The notes under the pieces were generated by a model that saw only the letters and a list, made by a program, of their open reading frames with translations, made no database searches and was not told where the DNA came from. From an uncultured Acidimicrobiaceae bacterium (lineage in GTDB: Bacteria; Actinomycetota; Acidimicrobiia; Acidimicrobiales; RAAP-2), in assembly GCA_963847725.1 (NCBI GenBank), contig CAWKAT010000004.1:106627-170626 (forward strand): a stretch of DNA of 64,000 bases. The letters run 5' to 3'. Position numbers and translations under genes: made by a program. This document shows, one piece after another, positions 19,774 to 33,885 of this stretch. Numbering within the stretch: the stretch's first letter is position 1; each line of letters begins with the position of its first letter.

Positions 19774-20183
19774 GAACGAATCAGTTCGACAACGGGGATC
19801 ACGCGCGTCGTCTTCTCCTGATACTCACCAAAGCCGGGGACGCGCTCGACCTGCAGCGCGTAGATGCGGTCGCGCTCTGAGTCTTCGAGCGAAGAGGCGG
19901 TGGCCTCGAAGGTCTCGGTGCCGAGCTCCACGCTGACGACCGGGTTAGCGGTGAGGTTTCGGTACCAGTCGGGGTGAGAGTCGGCGCCGGCCTTGGAGGC
20001 GAAGACGTAGAGATGGCCCTCGTGATCCAAATACATGACGGGGCTGACGCGATCGGCGCCGCTCTTCGCGCCCGTGGTGTGCAGCAACAGAACCGGGGCG
20101 CCCTCGAAGGGACCGCCGAGGCGACCGTCGTTCGCTCGAAACTCGGCGATGACTGCGTTATTCCAGTCGAGATAGTCGCTCAT
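19770..20183 (-). CDS. deazaflavin (F420)-dependent nitroreductase/quinone reductase family protein (Ddn-like)
   Basis: 137 aa. WNNAVIAEFRANDGRLGGPFEGAPVLLLHTTGAKSGADRVSPVMY ... ASKAGADSHPDWYRNL is the typical split-barrel Ddn-family pattern. Confidence 0.8.
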   Translation of the reverse strand: MSDYLDWNNAVIAEFRANDGRLGGPFEGAPVLLLHTTGAKSGADRVSPVMYLDHEGHLYVFASKAGADSHPDWYRNLTANPVVSVELGTETFEATASSLEDSERDRIYALQVERVPGFGEYQEKTTRVIPVVELIRS

Positions 20184-20286
20184 GGACCACCCTCCTTGTC
20201 GTTTTCTTCAGAGTAGCCAATGGGCGTACGCGGCCGAGAGACTCTGAGGAGCCGGGCACGACCCTTCAAAGACCTACTCTCTACTC

Positions 20287-20550
20287 ATGTGCCGAAATAT
20301 CACCACGCTGCGAGGACTGGAGCCCGCGGCGAGTCCAGAAGAAATAGTGGCGGCCGCGCGCCAGTACGTGCGAAAAGTAAGTGGCGTGTCCTCGGTGTCA
20401 CCGCGAACCAGTGAGCCGTTCGATCGGGCGGTCGAGGCCATCGCCCAGATCACGACCGAACTGCTCGCCGAGCTACCCCCGCGCCAGCGCCCGCCCACCA
20501 CGGTCCCACCGCTGCGACGTCGTGGCGCCTCGGGCGATCACTCGTTCTAG
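20287..20550 (+). CDS. DUF2277 domain protein
   Basis: 87 aa beginning MCRNITTLRGLEPAASPEEIVAAARQYVRKVSG. This is the conserved N-terminal signature I associate with DUF2277. Confidence 0.65.
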   Translation: MCRNITTLRGLEPAASPEEIVAAARQYVRKVSGVSSVSPRTSEPFDRAVEAIAQITTELLAELPPRQRPPTTVPPLRRRGASGDHSF

Positions 20551-20579
20551 CGGCGATCGCACCGACCGTTGTCAGTACC

Positions 20580-21396
20580 ATGGCACAGATGTCCACCTGT
20601 CAAATACTCTTCCTCGCGTTCGGCAACCGTCTCGACGCCGTTGAGTTAGCGCACGAGGTCGGTGAGGAACTGGCGCGCCAGGGGGTGACGTCATCCCTGC
20701 ACCTCTTGGACTCGCCGGACGAGCCCGAGATTGACCCGTCGAGCCTGGTGGTCAGCCTCGGGGGAGACGGAACATTTCTCAAAGCCACGCGCCTCGCGCA
20801 CAGCGTGGGGGCCCGGGTTATCGCGGTGAATCTCGGTCAACTCGGATTTCTCCTCGACGTGCCCTCGACGGAAATTGTCGAACACATCACCTGGGCGCTC
20901 GCGAACAACTCCGTCTCGGAACGACTGGCCTTGCAGATAACTGTCTCGAACCGGCCCGGCGAAGAGTTCGCCCTGAATGAGGTCGTGGTCGAGCGCGCCA
21001 GCCCCGGGCACATGGTCAAGGTGAAGACGTTCGTCGACGAAGAGGAGTTCTTGACGTACTCGGCCGACGGCGTGATGGTCTCGACCCCGACGGGCAGCAC
21101 CGGGTATAACTTCTCCGCGGGTGGACCGGTCGTTGACGCCTCGCTCGCGGTCATGATTCTCACTCCCGTGGCGCCGCACTTCACCATCGGGCGTTCGATT
21201 GTCGTCCCGGTCGACAAGGTCATTCGACTCTTGGTGGACGATAAGCCGGCGGTGCTGGTGGCCGATGGGCAGACCATCGGCGATCTGGGGCCCGGGGAGT
21301 TCATCGAGGTCCGCCAGAGCCCCACCCCGGTACACGTCGCGGCCACGCGGAGCTTTGACCTCGCGACCCGACTGCGCCGCAGCCTTCGAGAGGGTC

Positions 21397-21404
<8 letters not shown>
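20580..21404 (+). CDS. nadK: NAD kinase
   Basis: 274 aa with GGDGTFL, NEVVVER and STPTGSTGYNFSAGGP motifs. Confidence 0.9.
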
Positions 21405-25234
<3,830 letters not shown>

Positions 25235-25245
<11 letters not shown>

Positions 25246-26134
25246 GGAGGCGCTCGAGGACTATCTCCAGTGGATGACCATTGAAAAAGGACGCAGCCGA
25301 GCGACCTTGGAGGCGTACCGACGTGACCTGTCGGCCCTCGGACACTGGATGGAAGGCAAGAACCTCACGTTGAGTCGGCTTCGCGAGGAGCATCTCGAGG
25401 GCTACTTCAACGGACTGCGTTCCACGCGTCAGGCCAGCACCGTCGCGCGGTCGGTGGCGTCAGTGCGGGGACTGCTGTCCTACTTACTCGACGAGGGGGA
25501 GTTGACACTCGATCCGAGTGCTCGGCTGAAGGGCGGTCGTCGCGGCCGCACGTTACCCAAGCCGCTCGGTGAGAACGAGATCACCGCGTTGCTCGACGCG
25601 ATTCCCTCAGCCACGCCCGTGGACCTGCGCGATCGCGCACTACTGGAGCTCCTCTACGCCACCGGGGCGAGGGTGAGTGAGGTGGTGGGGCTGGAGCTAT
25701 CGGATATCGACTTCGATGAAGAGCTCATTCTCCTGACCGGCAAGGGCTCCAAGCAACGGCTGGTCCCGTTGGGCGGGGCGTTGGGTCGCGCCCTGCGCGA
25801 GTACTTCGGCCCCGGGGGCCGGCGAACGTTGCTCGCCGGGCGCACCAGTCAACGGGTGTTCATCAACGCTCGTTCGGGGCCTCTGACGCGCCAGGGCGTG
25901 GACCTCATCGTGCACAAACGGGCCCTCAACGTGGGCATCGATCGTTCGCGTATCTCGGCTCACGTATTTCGTCACAGTTGCGCCACCCACATGCTGGCGC
26001 ACGGTGCGGACATTAGAGTCGTTCAGGAGCTGTTGGGGCACGCGTCCATCGCCACCACGCAGATCTACACCGCGGTGTCGGTGACCACACTGCAGCGCGA
26101 GTACCAACACGCCCATCCCCGAGCCCACGACTAA
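25235..26134 (+). CDS. xerD: site-specific tyrosine recombinase XerD
   Basis: Start at ATG 25235 (MTFEEALEDYLQWMTIEKGRSRATLEAYRRDL). The catalytic region contains ATGARVSE, HVFRHSCATHML and LGHASIATTQIY. Synteny is chromosomal and not mobile-element-like. Confidence 0.85.
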
Positions 26135-26147
26135 AAGGTAACTTTCG

Positions 26148-26795
26148 ATGAATTTATGGCTCTGGTTCATCATCTTGATACCCTCGGTCGTGCTGCACGA
26201 GGTGGCCCACGGGTACGTGGCGTACCTGTTTGGCGATCCCACGGCGAAGGAACGCCACCGCCTGACCCTGAACCCGATTGCCCACATCGATCCCTTCGGC
26301 ACGATCCTGATGCCCGGTCTTCTCCTGCTGCTGCACTTTCCCGCTTTCGGGTACGCGAAGCCCGTGCCGGTCAACCTCTCTCGGCTCCGCAAGCCACGAC
26401 AGCAGGCCTTGTGGGTGTCGCTCGCGGGACCGGCGGTCAACGTCGTGCTCTCGGCGATCGGGTACGTCGTGTGTCGATTCTCACTGACCGGTGTTGTCCA
26501 TACCGCGAATGGTGTGTCGGCCTACGTGAGCCACCACGACCTTTTCGTCTTCGGAGAGACCTTGGGTCTGGTGAATCTGATCCTGGCGGTGTTCAACTTG
26601 ATTCCGATTCCTCCGTTGGATGGGTCGGCGATCATCGAGCGATTTCTTCCCAATCGCAGCCTCGCGAAGTACTACCAACTTCGCGCTCGGGCCCTCCCAC
26701 TGTTCTTTATCGCGCTGATTCTGCTGACCTGGACCACCAACATCGCCGGCACGTGGCTTGGCGATGTCGAAAACTGGTGGTTCAACCTCCTCTAG
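26148..26795 (+). CDS. site-2 protease family (peptidase M50) membrane metalloprotease
   Basis: 215 aa, multi-TM, with the zinc motif HEVAHG followed by NPIAHIDPFGT and PIPPLDGS. Confidence 0.8.
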   Translation: MNLWLWFIILIPSVVLHEVAHGYVAYLFGDPTAKERHRLTLNPIAHIDPFGTILMPGLLLLLHFPAFGYAKPVPVNLSRLRKPRQQALWVSLAGPAVNVVLSAIGYVVCRFSLTGVVHTANGVSAYVSHHDLFVFGETLGLVNLILAVFNLIPIPPLDGSAIIERFLPNRSLAKYYQLRARALPLFFIALILLTWTTNIAGTWLGDVENWWFNLL

Positions 26796-27760
26796 GCGAG
26801 ACCCATGGCGTGCGCCGCGCGTCGATAGATCGGACCCGCCACCTCGCTGGCCTTCAACGCACCGCGATCAGTCACCGCGTAGAGGTCGGCGGGAGACTCG
26901 ACCAGCTCCTGGTAGCGCTCGCGCAGCGGCGAGAGGCTCGCGATCATCAGCTCTGCGAGATCCTTCTTCAAATCGCCGTACCGGGTGTAGCGGCTGGCGA
27001 TGGCTGGGGGCGACTCGTGGGCGAAGCTCGCGAAGATCTCGAGGAGATTGGAGATACCGGGCTTGGTGTCCCAGTCGAATCTCACCTCTCCGTCGGTGTC
27101 GGTGACGGCTTTGGAGATTTTTCGCTCGATCTCGCTCGGTGAATCGAACAGGAGGATCGTGCCGAGCGGGCTCGAGACCGACTTGCTCATCTTGCGCGTC
27201 GGTTCCTGGAGGTCCATCACGCGCGCCGCGACCGCTGGTTGCACTCCCTTGGGGACGCGAAAGGTCTCGCCGAATCGGTGATTGAACCGCTCCGCAATAT
27301 CGCGCGCGAGTTCCAGGTGCTGGCGCTGATCGTCGCCGACCGGGACTTCCTCGCTGTCGTAGAGAAGGATGTCGGCCGCCTGCAGGACCGGGTAGGTCAA
27401 GAGTCCCACCCGATACCCGTCTTGGCGCTCGGACTTCTCTTTGAAGGCGACCATGCGAGAGAGTTCGCCGTAGGTCGCCACGCACTCCAACAGCCAGTTC
27501 AGCTGAGCGTGGAAGGGCACCTGGCTCTGGATGAAAATGGTGCAGAGCTCGGGGTCGAGCCCCGCCGCCAGGTACGTGGCCAGGAGATCTGTGGTATTGG
27601 CGCGTAGTTCGTCGGGGGAGATCTGGAGGGTGAGGGCGTGCAGATCCACCACGCAGTAGTACGCGTCGGCGTTTTGCGCCTCAACCCAGGGCCGCAGGGC
27701 GCCCAGGTAGTTCCCGAGGTGCAGTTTGCCCGAGGGCTGCATGCCGGAGAGAATCTTCAT
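26792..27760 (-). CDS. trpS: tryptophan--tRNA ligase
   Basis: 322 aa with a class-I HIGH-type motif (GKLHLGNYLGA) and KMSKS. Confidence 0.93.
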   Translation of the reverse strand: MKILSGMQPSGKLHLGNYLGALRPWVEAQNADAYYCVVDLHALTLQISPDELRANTTDLLATYLAAGLDPELCTIFIQSQVPFHAQLNWLLECVATYGELSRMVAFKEKSERQDGYRVGLLTYPVLQAADILLYDSEEVPVGDDQRQHLELARDIAERFNHRFGETFRVPKGVQPAVAARVMDLQEPTRKMSKSVSSPLGTILLFDSPSEIERKISKAVTDTDGEVRFDWDTKPGISNLLEIFASFAHESPPAIASRYTRYGDLKKDLAELMIASLSPLRERYQELVESPADLYAVTDRGALKASEVAGPIYRRAAHAMGLA

Positions 27761-27798
27761 CGTTCAATGCTAGATGAGTGACCCGGTAGGGTTGAGCG

Positions 27799-28575
27799 GT
27801 GACCTTCGTCGTGACGACGCCGTCCTTTAGCGGCCCGGTAGAACTTTTACTGCAGCTGATCTCCAGTCACGACGTGGATATTCTTGACGTTCCCCTGGCT
27901 CCCTTGGTCGACGCGTTCGTGGCGACGTTGCGCGACGAGTCCGTGACCCTCGACATGGATGACCTGTCTGAATTTCTCCTGATCGGAGCGGTTCTTCTCG
28001 AGATGAAGAGTCACCGTCTCCTGCCCGGGCGCGAGAGCGGTGACCTCGACGAGGAGTTCGTCGGCTGGGAAGAGCGCGACGTTCTCTTGGCACGGCTCTT
28101 GGAACTGCGCACCTACGCGGCCCTGGCCGACGCCTTCGTCTCACTGTTCGAGCGCGCGAGTCGCGCCTACCCGCGACTGCGCGGGGTGGACGACGGCTTC
28201 ATCGTTCGACCGCCCGATCTTCTGTTGGGCGTCACCACGGCGCAACTGGCGATGGCCTATCTGCGCGGGATCGAGGAGAAGCCGGTGCCGGTCGTGCGAC
28301 TTCATCACGTCACCGTCGACGCCGTCACCGTGGCGGAGACGGTCGCCACCCTGGCCCAACGCCTGCCGACCATGGGGCGCTTCTCGTTCCGCCAGCTCAC
28401 CGAGTCGCTCGAGACACGCATCGAGGTCATCGTCCACTTTCTGGCCCTGCTGGAGCTGTGCAAACTAGGGCACGTGACGCTGGGTCAGGGCGCAACCTTT
28501 GGTGAGGTGCAGATCGAGTGGCTCGACTCCAACGCGAGGCTCGACATGGGAGGGGTGGATAGTTATGAGGGATGA
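27799..28575 (+). CDS. scpA: segregation and condensation protein A
   Basis: 258 aa. The N-terminus F.GPVELLLQLISSHDVDILDVPLAPL is typical of ScpA, and scpB follows. Confidence 0.85.
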   Translation: MTFVVTTPSFSGPVELLLQLISSHDVDILDVPLAPLVDAFVATLRDESVTLDMDDLSEFLLIGAVLLEMKSHRLLPGRESGDLDEEFVGWEERDVLLARLLELRTYAALADAFVSLFERASRAYPRLRGVDDGFIVRPPDLLLGVTTAQLAMAYLRGIEEKPVPVVRLHHVTVDAVTVAETVATLAQRLPTMGRFSFRQLTESLETRIEVIVHFLALLELCKLGHVTLGQGATFGEVQIEWLDSNARLDMGGVDSYEG

Positions 28576-29152
28576 ACTCTCACTCGAGCAGAAGCTCGAA
28601 GCGATGCTGACCGTCGCCCTCGAGCCCATCTCCGCCGAGGAGTTGGCCGACGTCGTCGACGCCGACGCCGCGGCCGTGTCCCAGGCGTTGGGCGATCTCC
28701 GCGCGGAGTTTCTCGAGCAGCGGCGTGGGTTCCAGGTCGTCGAACTGGCCAGTGGCTGGGTCATGCAGTCGTCACCGGACGTGGCCGCGTGGGTGACCAA
28801 GTTCGCCAACCGCGACGTCTCGCACCGACTCTCGTCGGCCGCTTTGGAGTCGCTCGCCATCATTGCCTACCGCCAACCGGTCTCGCGGGCCCAGATCACG
28901 GCCCTTCGCGGGGTAAACGTGGACGGCGTCGTCCGCCTGCTCGAACAGCGCGGCTACATCGAAGAGCAGGGCCGCGCACCCGGGCCCGGCCAACCCATTC
29001 TCTATGGGACCACGGAGCTGTTTCTTGACCGCATGGGACTGGCGTCCTTGACCGAGCTGCCCCCCATTGAAGAGTTCATGCCACCGGTCGAGACCGCCAA
29101 CGAACTGGCCGATGAGATGTCGGCGCGGTTCGACGACTCCGAGGTGTCCTAG
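28565..29152 (+). CDS. scpB: segregation and condensation protein B
   Basis: Start at ATG 28565 (MRDELSLEQKLEAMLTVALEPISAEELA). The winged-helix repeat SSAALESLAIIAYRQPVSRAQITALRGV is present. Confidence 0.85.
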   Translation: MRDELSLEQKLEAMLTVALEPISAEELADVVDADAAAVSQALGDLRAEFLEQRRGFQVVELASGWVMQSSPDVAAWVTKFANRDVSHRLSSAALESLAIIAYRQPVSRAQITALRGVNVDGVVRLLEQRGYIEEQGRAPGPGQPILYGTTELFLDRMGLASLTELPPIEEFMPPVETANELADEMSARFDDSEVS

Positions 29153-29893
29153 TTGGACGAGGGCGAGCGACTCCAAAAGACGCTGGCCCGCGCGGGCTAC
29201 GGATCACGACGGGCCTGCGAGATCTTGATCAGCGACGGACGCGTGACGGTCGACGGTCGAGTGGCGGAACTCGGTAACCGCGTTCACCCCGAGATCAGCG
29301 TGATCTGCGTGGACGGGAGCATGGCGCCCACGTCCCAGAGCAAGGTCTACTTTCTCCTCAATAAGCCCGACGGCGTGGTGACGACGGCGTCAGATCCCCA
29401 GGGCCGCCCCACGGTGCTGGACCTCATCGAGTCGCCGGTGCGGGTCTTTCCGGTGGGGCGTCTGGACATGAACACCGAGGGCCTCTTAATCCTGACCAAC
29501 GACGGCCGTCTGGCGCACCTCTTGACCCACCCGAGCTCCGGTATCGCCAAGGAGTACTTGGCGCGCGTCGAAGGCGACCCGTCGCCGAGTGCGCTGCGCC
29601 GCCTGCGCGAGGGCGTCGAACTCGAAGACGGCGTCACGGCGGTGGCTCAGGTGTCGCGGGTGAGTGAGGGACTGGTGCGCATCGTGATTCACGAAGGGCG
29701 CAACCGACAGGTACGGCGCATGTTCGCCGCCGTCGGTCACGAGGTGACGCGCCTCGTGCGAACGCGCATCGGACCGCTGCAGGACGCCACGCTCTCACCC
29801 GGTTCGTCGCGTCAGCTCTCGCTCAACGAGGTGCGTCGCTTGATGGAAGCGGTGGGGATGACCGAGGAACTGGCCTCTACGATGCCTTCATGA
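29153..29893 (+). CDS. rluB: 23S rRNA pseudouridine synthase, RsuA/RluB family
   Basis: 246 aa with a TTG start. The S4 domain is RLQKTLARAGYGSRRACEILI and the catalytic motif is VGRLDMNTEGLLILTNDG. Confidence 0.85.
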   Translation: MDEGERLQKTLARAGYGSRRACEILISDGRVTVDGRVAELGNRVHPEISVICVDGSMAPTSQSKVYFLLNKPDGVVTTASDPQGRPTVLDLIESPVRVFPVGRLDMNTEGLLILTNDGRLAHLLTHPSSGIAKEYLARVEGDPSPSALRRLREGVELEDGVTAVAQVSRVSEGLVRIVIHEGRNRQVRRMFAAVGHEVTRLVRTRIGPLQDATLSPGSSRQLSLNEVRRLMEAVGMTEELASTMPS

Positions 29894-30261
29894 CTTTTGC
29901 CATGGTACGAGGACTGCGGGGCGCGACGACGTGTGAGGAGAACACGACGGAGCAGATTAACGAGGTCACCCAGGAGCTGCTGGTCGAGATGCTCGAGCGC
30001 AATGGCGTCGACCACGACGACGTGATCAGCGTGCTCCTGACGACGACCCCGGACCTCACGGCGGCCTTTCCCGCCACGGCGGCCCGCGGCGTGGGATTCG
30101 GTGACGTGCCGCTCCTGTGCGCCAGTGAGATCGCCGTGCCCGGCGCCATGCCCCTGACCGTGCGGGTCTTGATGCACGTCTATACCGAGCGAGCCCGCGA
30201 AGAACTTCGCCACGTGTACCTGCGAAAAGCTCCCTCGTTGCGCGATGACCTCCCCGAATAG
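29890..30261 (+). CDS. aroH: chorismate mutase, AroH class
   Basis: 123 aa. VRGLRGATTCEENTTEQI ... ISVLLTTTPDL ... VRVLMHV matches the monofunctional AroH-type fold. ATGA overlap with the rluB stop. An ATG at 29902 is an alternative start. Confidence 0.85.
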   Translation: MTFAMVRGLRGATTCEENTTEQINEVTQELLVEMLERNGVDHDDVISVLLTTTPDLTAAFPATAARGVGFGDVPLLCASEIAVPGAMPLTVRVLMHVYTERAREELRHVYLRKAPSLRDDLPE

Positions 30262-31315
30262 TCGCCACGCCCACGTGGTGGGCCTCGGCCTCATCGGATC
30301 GTCCCTCGCCCTCGCCCTGCACGGTGCGGGCTGGACCGTGACCGGTCTCGACAGCGACGAGACGGTCACCCGCGCGGCCCTCGAGGCCGGGGTGATCGGC
30401 GGGTGCGAACCTGACGCGGACGTCGTCCTCGCGGTCGTGGCCACCCCCGCGAGCGTCGTGGCCAAAGTGGCCCGCGAGATCCTCGAGGGTTCGTCCAACG
30501 AGCACCTCATCGTGACCGACGTGGCCGGCGTGAAGGGCGCCATCGTGAGTGACGTTCACGACCCGCGCTTTCTCGGGGGACATCCGATGGCCGGGTCGGA
30601 GCTGCGGGGTCTCGCCGGGGCGCGTGACGATCTCTTTCGGGGTTGCACCTGGGTCCTCACGCCCACCACGACCACCAAACCAGAGACCTACACCACGCTG
30701 CACGGCATCCTGCGCGAACTGGGGGCGAACGTGGTGGCCGTCGACGCGGACGATCACGATCGGCTGGTCGCGGTCGCCAGTCACGTCCCTCATCTCCTGG
30801 CCGGTGCGTTGATGAATGAGGCGACCCGGGTGGCCGAACAGGACGCCGTGCTGTTGCAACTGGCCGCCGGTGGTTTTCGCGACATGACTAGGGTCGCCGC
30901 CGGCGACCCCAGCATCTGGCCCGACATTCTCTTTGAAAATCGCGAGGCGATCAGTCAGTCGTTGGTGGCCCTCGAAGAACGACTGAAGGGTCTGCGCGAA
31001 GCCCTGAACGCGGACGATCACGCCGCCATCAAGACCGACCTGACTCAGGCGGCCTTCGCGCGGCGCCAACTACCGGGGCGGGCCCTCAACTCCGAGAACC
31101 TCGCCTACCTTCGAGTCGGCGTGAGCGACCAACCGGGCGTGCTCGCGGCGGTCACCATGGCCGCGTCCGAGATGCTCGTCAACATCTACGACATTGAGAT
31201 TGCCCACGGCATCGAAGGCTCGAGCGGAACCTTGCTGCTGGCCGTGGACGCTCGCCTGGCCGACTCGTTCTCCGCCGCCCTGAGCGCCCGCGGTTATCAA
31301 GTGGGTCACGAATGA
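30245..31315 (+). CDS. tyrA: prephenate dehydrogenase with C-terminal ACT domain
   Basis: 356 aa with the Rossmann motif VVGLGLIGSSLALAL and GGHPMAGSE. The C-terminus has an ACT-like segment, LRVGVSDQPGVLAAVT. Confidence 0.85.
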   Translation: MTSPNSRHAHVVGLGLIGSSLALALHGAGWTVTGLDSDETVTRAALEAGVIGGCEPDADVVLAVVATPASVVAKVAREILEGSSNEHLIVTDVAGVKGAIVSDVHDPRFLGGHPMAGSELRGLAGARDDLFRGCTWVLTPTTTTKPETYTTLHGILRELGANVVAVDADDHDRLVAVASHVPHLLAGALMNEATRVAEQDAVLLQLAAGGFRDMTRVAAGDPSIWPDILFENREAISQSLVALEERLKGLREALNADDHAAIKTDLTQAAFARRQLPGRALNSENLAYLRVGVSDQPGVLAAVTMAASEMLVNIYDIEIAHGIEGSSGTLLLAVDARLADSFSAALSARGYQVGHE

Positions 31316-32595
31316 ACGACGTGGAGGTCGTCACCCACGCCACGCAACTTCGCGGCTCGATCCGGGTCCCGGGCGACAAGAGCACCTCTCATCGCGCGCT
31401 CATGCTGAGCGCCCTCGCGAGTGGCGAGAGCACGATCACGGGACTGTCACCGGGCGACGACGTCACGGCGACCAGCACCATCGTCGTGCAGCTGGGCGCT
31501 ACTCGCCACGACGAGGACGGGATCGTGCATCTCACCGGCCCCGACAACGGTCTTCGACCCAGCGCCGACGCACTTGACTGTGGCAACTCGGGGACGTCGA
31601 TGCGACTGCTGTGTGGGCTCGTGGCGTCCATTCCCGGTCGTCACTCACTGTGCGGTGACGCCTCTCTTTCACGGCGGCCGATGGATCGCGTGGCGATCCC
31701 GCTCGGGCTCATGGGGGTCGACCTACAAGGTCAGGGCATGACGTCGACGCCTCCCCTGGAGATCACGAGCCCGCTACAACTGCAAGCGCTCGACTATCGC
31801 GTACCGGTCCCGAGCGCCCAGGTGAAGTCCGCCATCCTTCTGGCCGCTCTCTTCGCCGACGGTGAGACCCGCGTGCGTGAGGACGTGCGGACGCGACGAA
31901 CCACGGAGGACATGTTGTCCAGCGCCGGCGTCGACGTGCGCAGCGACGACGTGGGCCAGGGCCGGGAGGTGCGCGTTCGCCCCGGACGACCGCAGCGTCA
32001 CAGCTGGCACGTGCCCGGTGACCCCTCGCAGGCGGCGTTCTTCGCGGTACTGGGCGCCATACACCCCGACGCCACCCTGGAGGTCCTGAGCGTCGAGGCC
32101 TCGATTGAACGCGTGGGGTTCGTCGGAGTGCTGGAGCGCATGGGCGCCGACGTGCGCCTCGACGAGCGCGACACCTATCACGTTCTTCACGCGCGCAGTT
32201 CGTCCCTGGTCGCCACCGAGATTCACGCCCACGACGTGCCGTCGGTCGACGAAGTGCCCGTTCTCACGGTCGCCGCGTGCGCCGCGCGCGGGGTGAGTGC
32301 TTTTCGATCGATGGGCGAGCTTCGCCTGAAGGAGTCCGACCGCTTCGCGGGCTCCATGGCGCTGGCCATGAGCCTCGGTTGTCGCGTCTGGTCCGACGGC
32401 GACGATTTTTTCGTGGAGGGTCTCGGATCCGCGGAGCGCTTCCTCGCTTTCAGCTTTCACGGGGGCCTGGATCACCGGATGGTGATGGCCAGCGCCGTCG
32501 CGGGCTGCGCCGGGAACGGCGCGACGATAGAGGGCGCGGCCACCGTGTCCTCTAGTTATCCCCACTTCTTTCGCGACCTGGCCTTGTTGCAATGA
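31312..32595 (+). CDS. aroA: 3-phosphoshikimate 1-carboxyvinyltransferase (EPSP synthase)
   Basis: 427 aa with PGDKSTSHRALML, LDCGNSGTSMRLL and RLKESDR. ATGA overlap with tyrA. Confidence 0.92.
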   Translation: MNDVEVVTHATQLRGSIRVPGDKSTSHRALMLSALASGESTITGLSPGDDVTATSTIVVQLGATRHDEDGIVHLTGPDNGLRPSADALDCGNSGTSMRLLCGLVASIPGRHSLCGDASLSRRPMDRVAIPLGLMGVDLQGQGMTSTPPLEITSPLQLQALDYRVPVPSAQVKSAILLAALFADGETRVREDVRTRRTTEDMLSSAGVDVRSDDVGQGREVRVRPGRPQRHSWHVPGDPSQAAFFAVLGAIHPDATLEVLSVEASIERVGFVGVLERMGADVRLDERDTYHVLHARSSSLVATEIHAHDVPSVDEVPVLTVAACAARGVSAFRSMGELRLKESDRFAGSMALAMSLGCRVWSDGDDFFVEGLGSAERFLAFSFHGGLDHRMVMASAVAGCAGNGATIEGAATVSSSYPHFFRDLALLQ

Positions 32596-33221
32596 GCGGT
32601 CTCGTCATCGCGATCGACGGCCCCGCCGGTTCGGGAAAGTCCAGCGTGGCTCGGGCGCTCGCGGAGTCACTCGGCTGGTCGTTCCTCGACACCGGAGCCA
32701 TGTATCGCGCCGTTACCCACGAGGCCCTGCGCACCGGCGTTGACCCCCTCGATGAGTCGGCGGTCGCGGACGTCGCGGGCGAGATCACCATCGCCACGCT
32801 GCCTCGGGTCAGCGTGAACGGTCGAGACATTGAAGACGAGATCCGCAGCGACGAGGTCAACCGCGTCGTGTCCGTCGTGGCGGCGAATCCGCGGGTGCGC
32901 GCCCAAATGGTCCGTCGCCAGCGCGACTTTGCCGCCGCTCAATCCGTGGGCACGGTGGTGGAGGGTCGCGACATCACCACGGTGGTCTTTCCCAACGCCA
33001 CGATCAAAATCTTTTTGACGGCGTCCTTAGAAGAGCGAGCGCGCCGACGCGACGATGAGAGCGAGGCGTCGGTCCATCGTCGCGACGTGGCCGACACCAC
33101 GCGAGAGGCCTCGCCGTTGCGACAAGCGCACGACGCCCTCGTGCTAGACACGACGGGACGAAGTGTCGACGAGGTCGTTGAGGAGATCACGCAATGCCTG
33201 AAGCTGCGGACCTTGTCCTAG
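32592..33221 (+). CDS. cmk: cytidylate kinase
   Basis: 209 aa with the P-loop IAIDGPAGSGKSS and DTGAMYRA. ATGA overlap with aroA. Confidence 0.9.
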   Translation: MSGLVIAIDGPAGSGKSSVARALAESLGWSFLDTGAMYRAVTHEALRTGVDPLDESAVADVAGEITIATLPRVSVNGRDIEDEIRSDEVNRVVSVVAANPRVRAQMVRRQRDFAAAQSVGTVVEGRDITTVVFPNATIKIFLTASLEERARRRDDESEASVHRRDVADTTREASPLRQAHDALVLDTTGRSVDEVVEEITQCLKLRTLS

Positions 33222-33862
33222 ATCCCCGCAAGACCCTCACCTATCGGATCTGCGCGGCGCTCATCGGCGCTGTGGCGAAGATCCTCTTTCGTCCGAGCGT
33301 GGTGGGCGCCGAGAATATCCCCCTGACCGGGCCCGTTCTCATCGCGCCGATCCACCGCTCCAACGTAGATTTCGCCTTTAGCCTGTTCATCTCGCCGCGC
33401 AAGGTCTTCTTCATGGCGAAGGAGGGCATCTTTCACCCGGCCCTCTTCGGCGCGCTCTTGACGCGCCTCGGCGCCTTTCCGGTCGATCGCGCCAGCGCCG
33501 ATCGCGAGTCGCTGCGACTTTCCGAAGAAGTGCTCAAACGAGGTCAGGCTCTGGTGCTGTTCCCCGAAGGGACGCGCAAGGAGGGGGACTCGGTGGAGCC
33601 CCTGCACGACGGAGCGGCCTTCATCGCGGCGAGGACCGGGGCCAAGATTGTGCCCGTCGGCATCGCCGGCAGCGATCGAGCCCTGCCGGTCGGAGCGAAA
33701 CTGCCGCGACCGACGAAGATCCAGATCGTGGTGGGCCCGCCCATCGAGCCACCGGTCAGCGAGGGCCGCGTCTCACGGTCCCAGATCACCGAGAAGACCG
33801 AGGAACTCCGTCGAGAGCTAGAAGCCGTGTACGCCGAGGCTCGTCGGCGATTGGCTCGCTAG
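33194..33862 (+). CDS. plsC: 1-acyl-sn-glycerol-3-phosphate acyltransferase
   Basis: 222 aa with the HxxxxD motif (HRSNVDF) and FPEGTR. Confidence 0.85.
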   Translation: MPEAADLVLDPRKTLTYRICAALIGAVAKILFRPSVVGAENIPLTGPVLIAPIHRSNVDFAFSLFISPRKVFFMAKEGIFHPALFGALLTRLGAFPVDRASADRESLRLSEEVLKRGQALVLFPEGTRKEGDSVEPLHDGAAFIAARTGAKIVPVGIAGSDRALPVGAKLPRPTKIQIVVGPPIEPPVSEGRVSRSQITEKTEELRRELEAVYAEARRRLAR

Positions 33863-33885
33863 GGGACTGACGTCTGGGAACCGCT

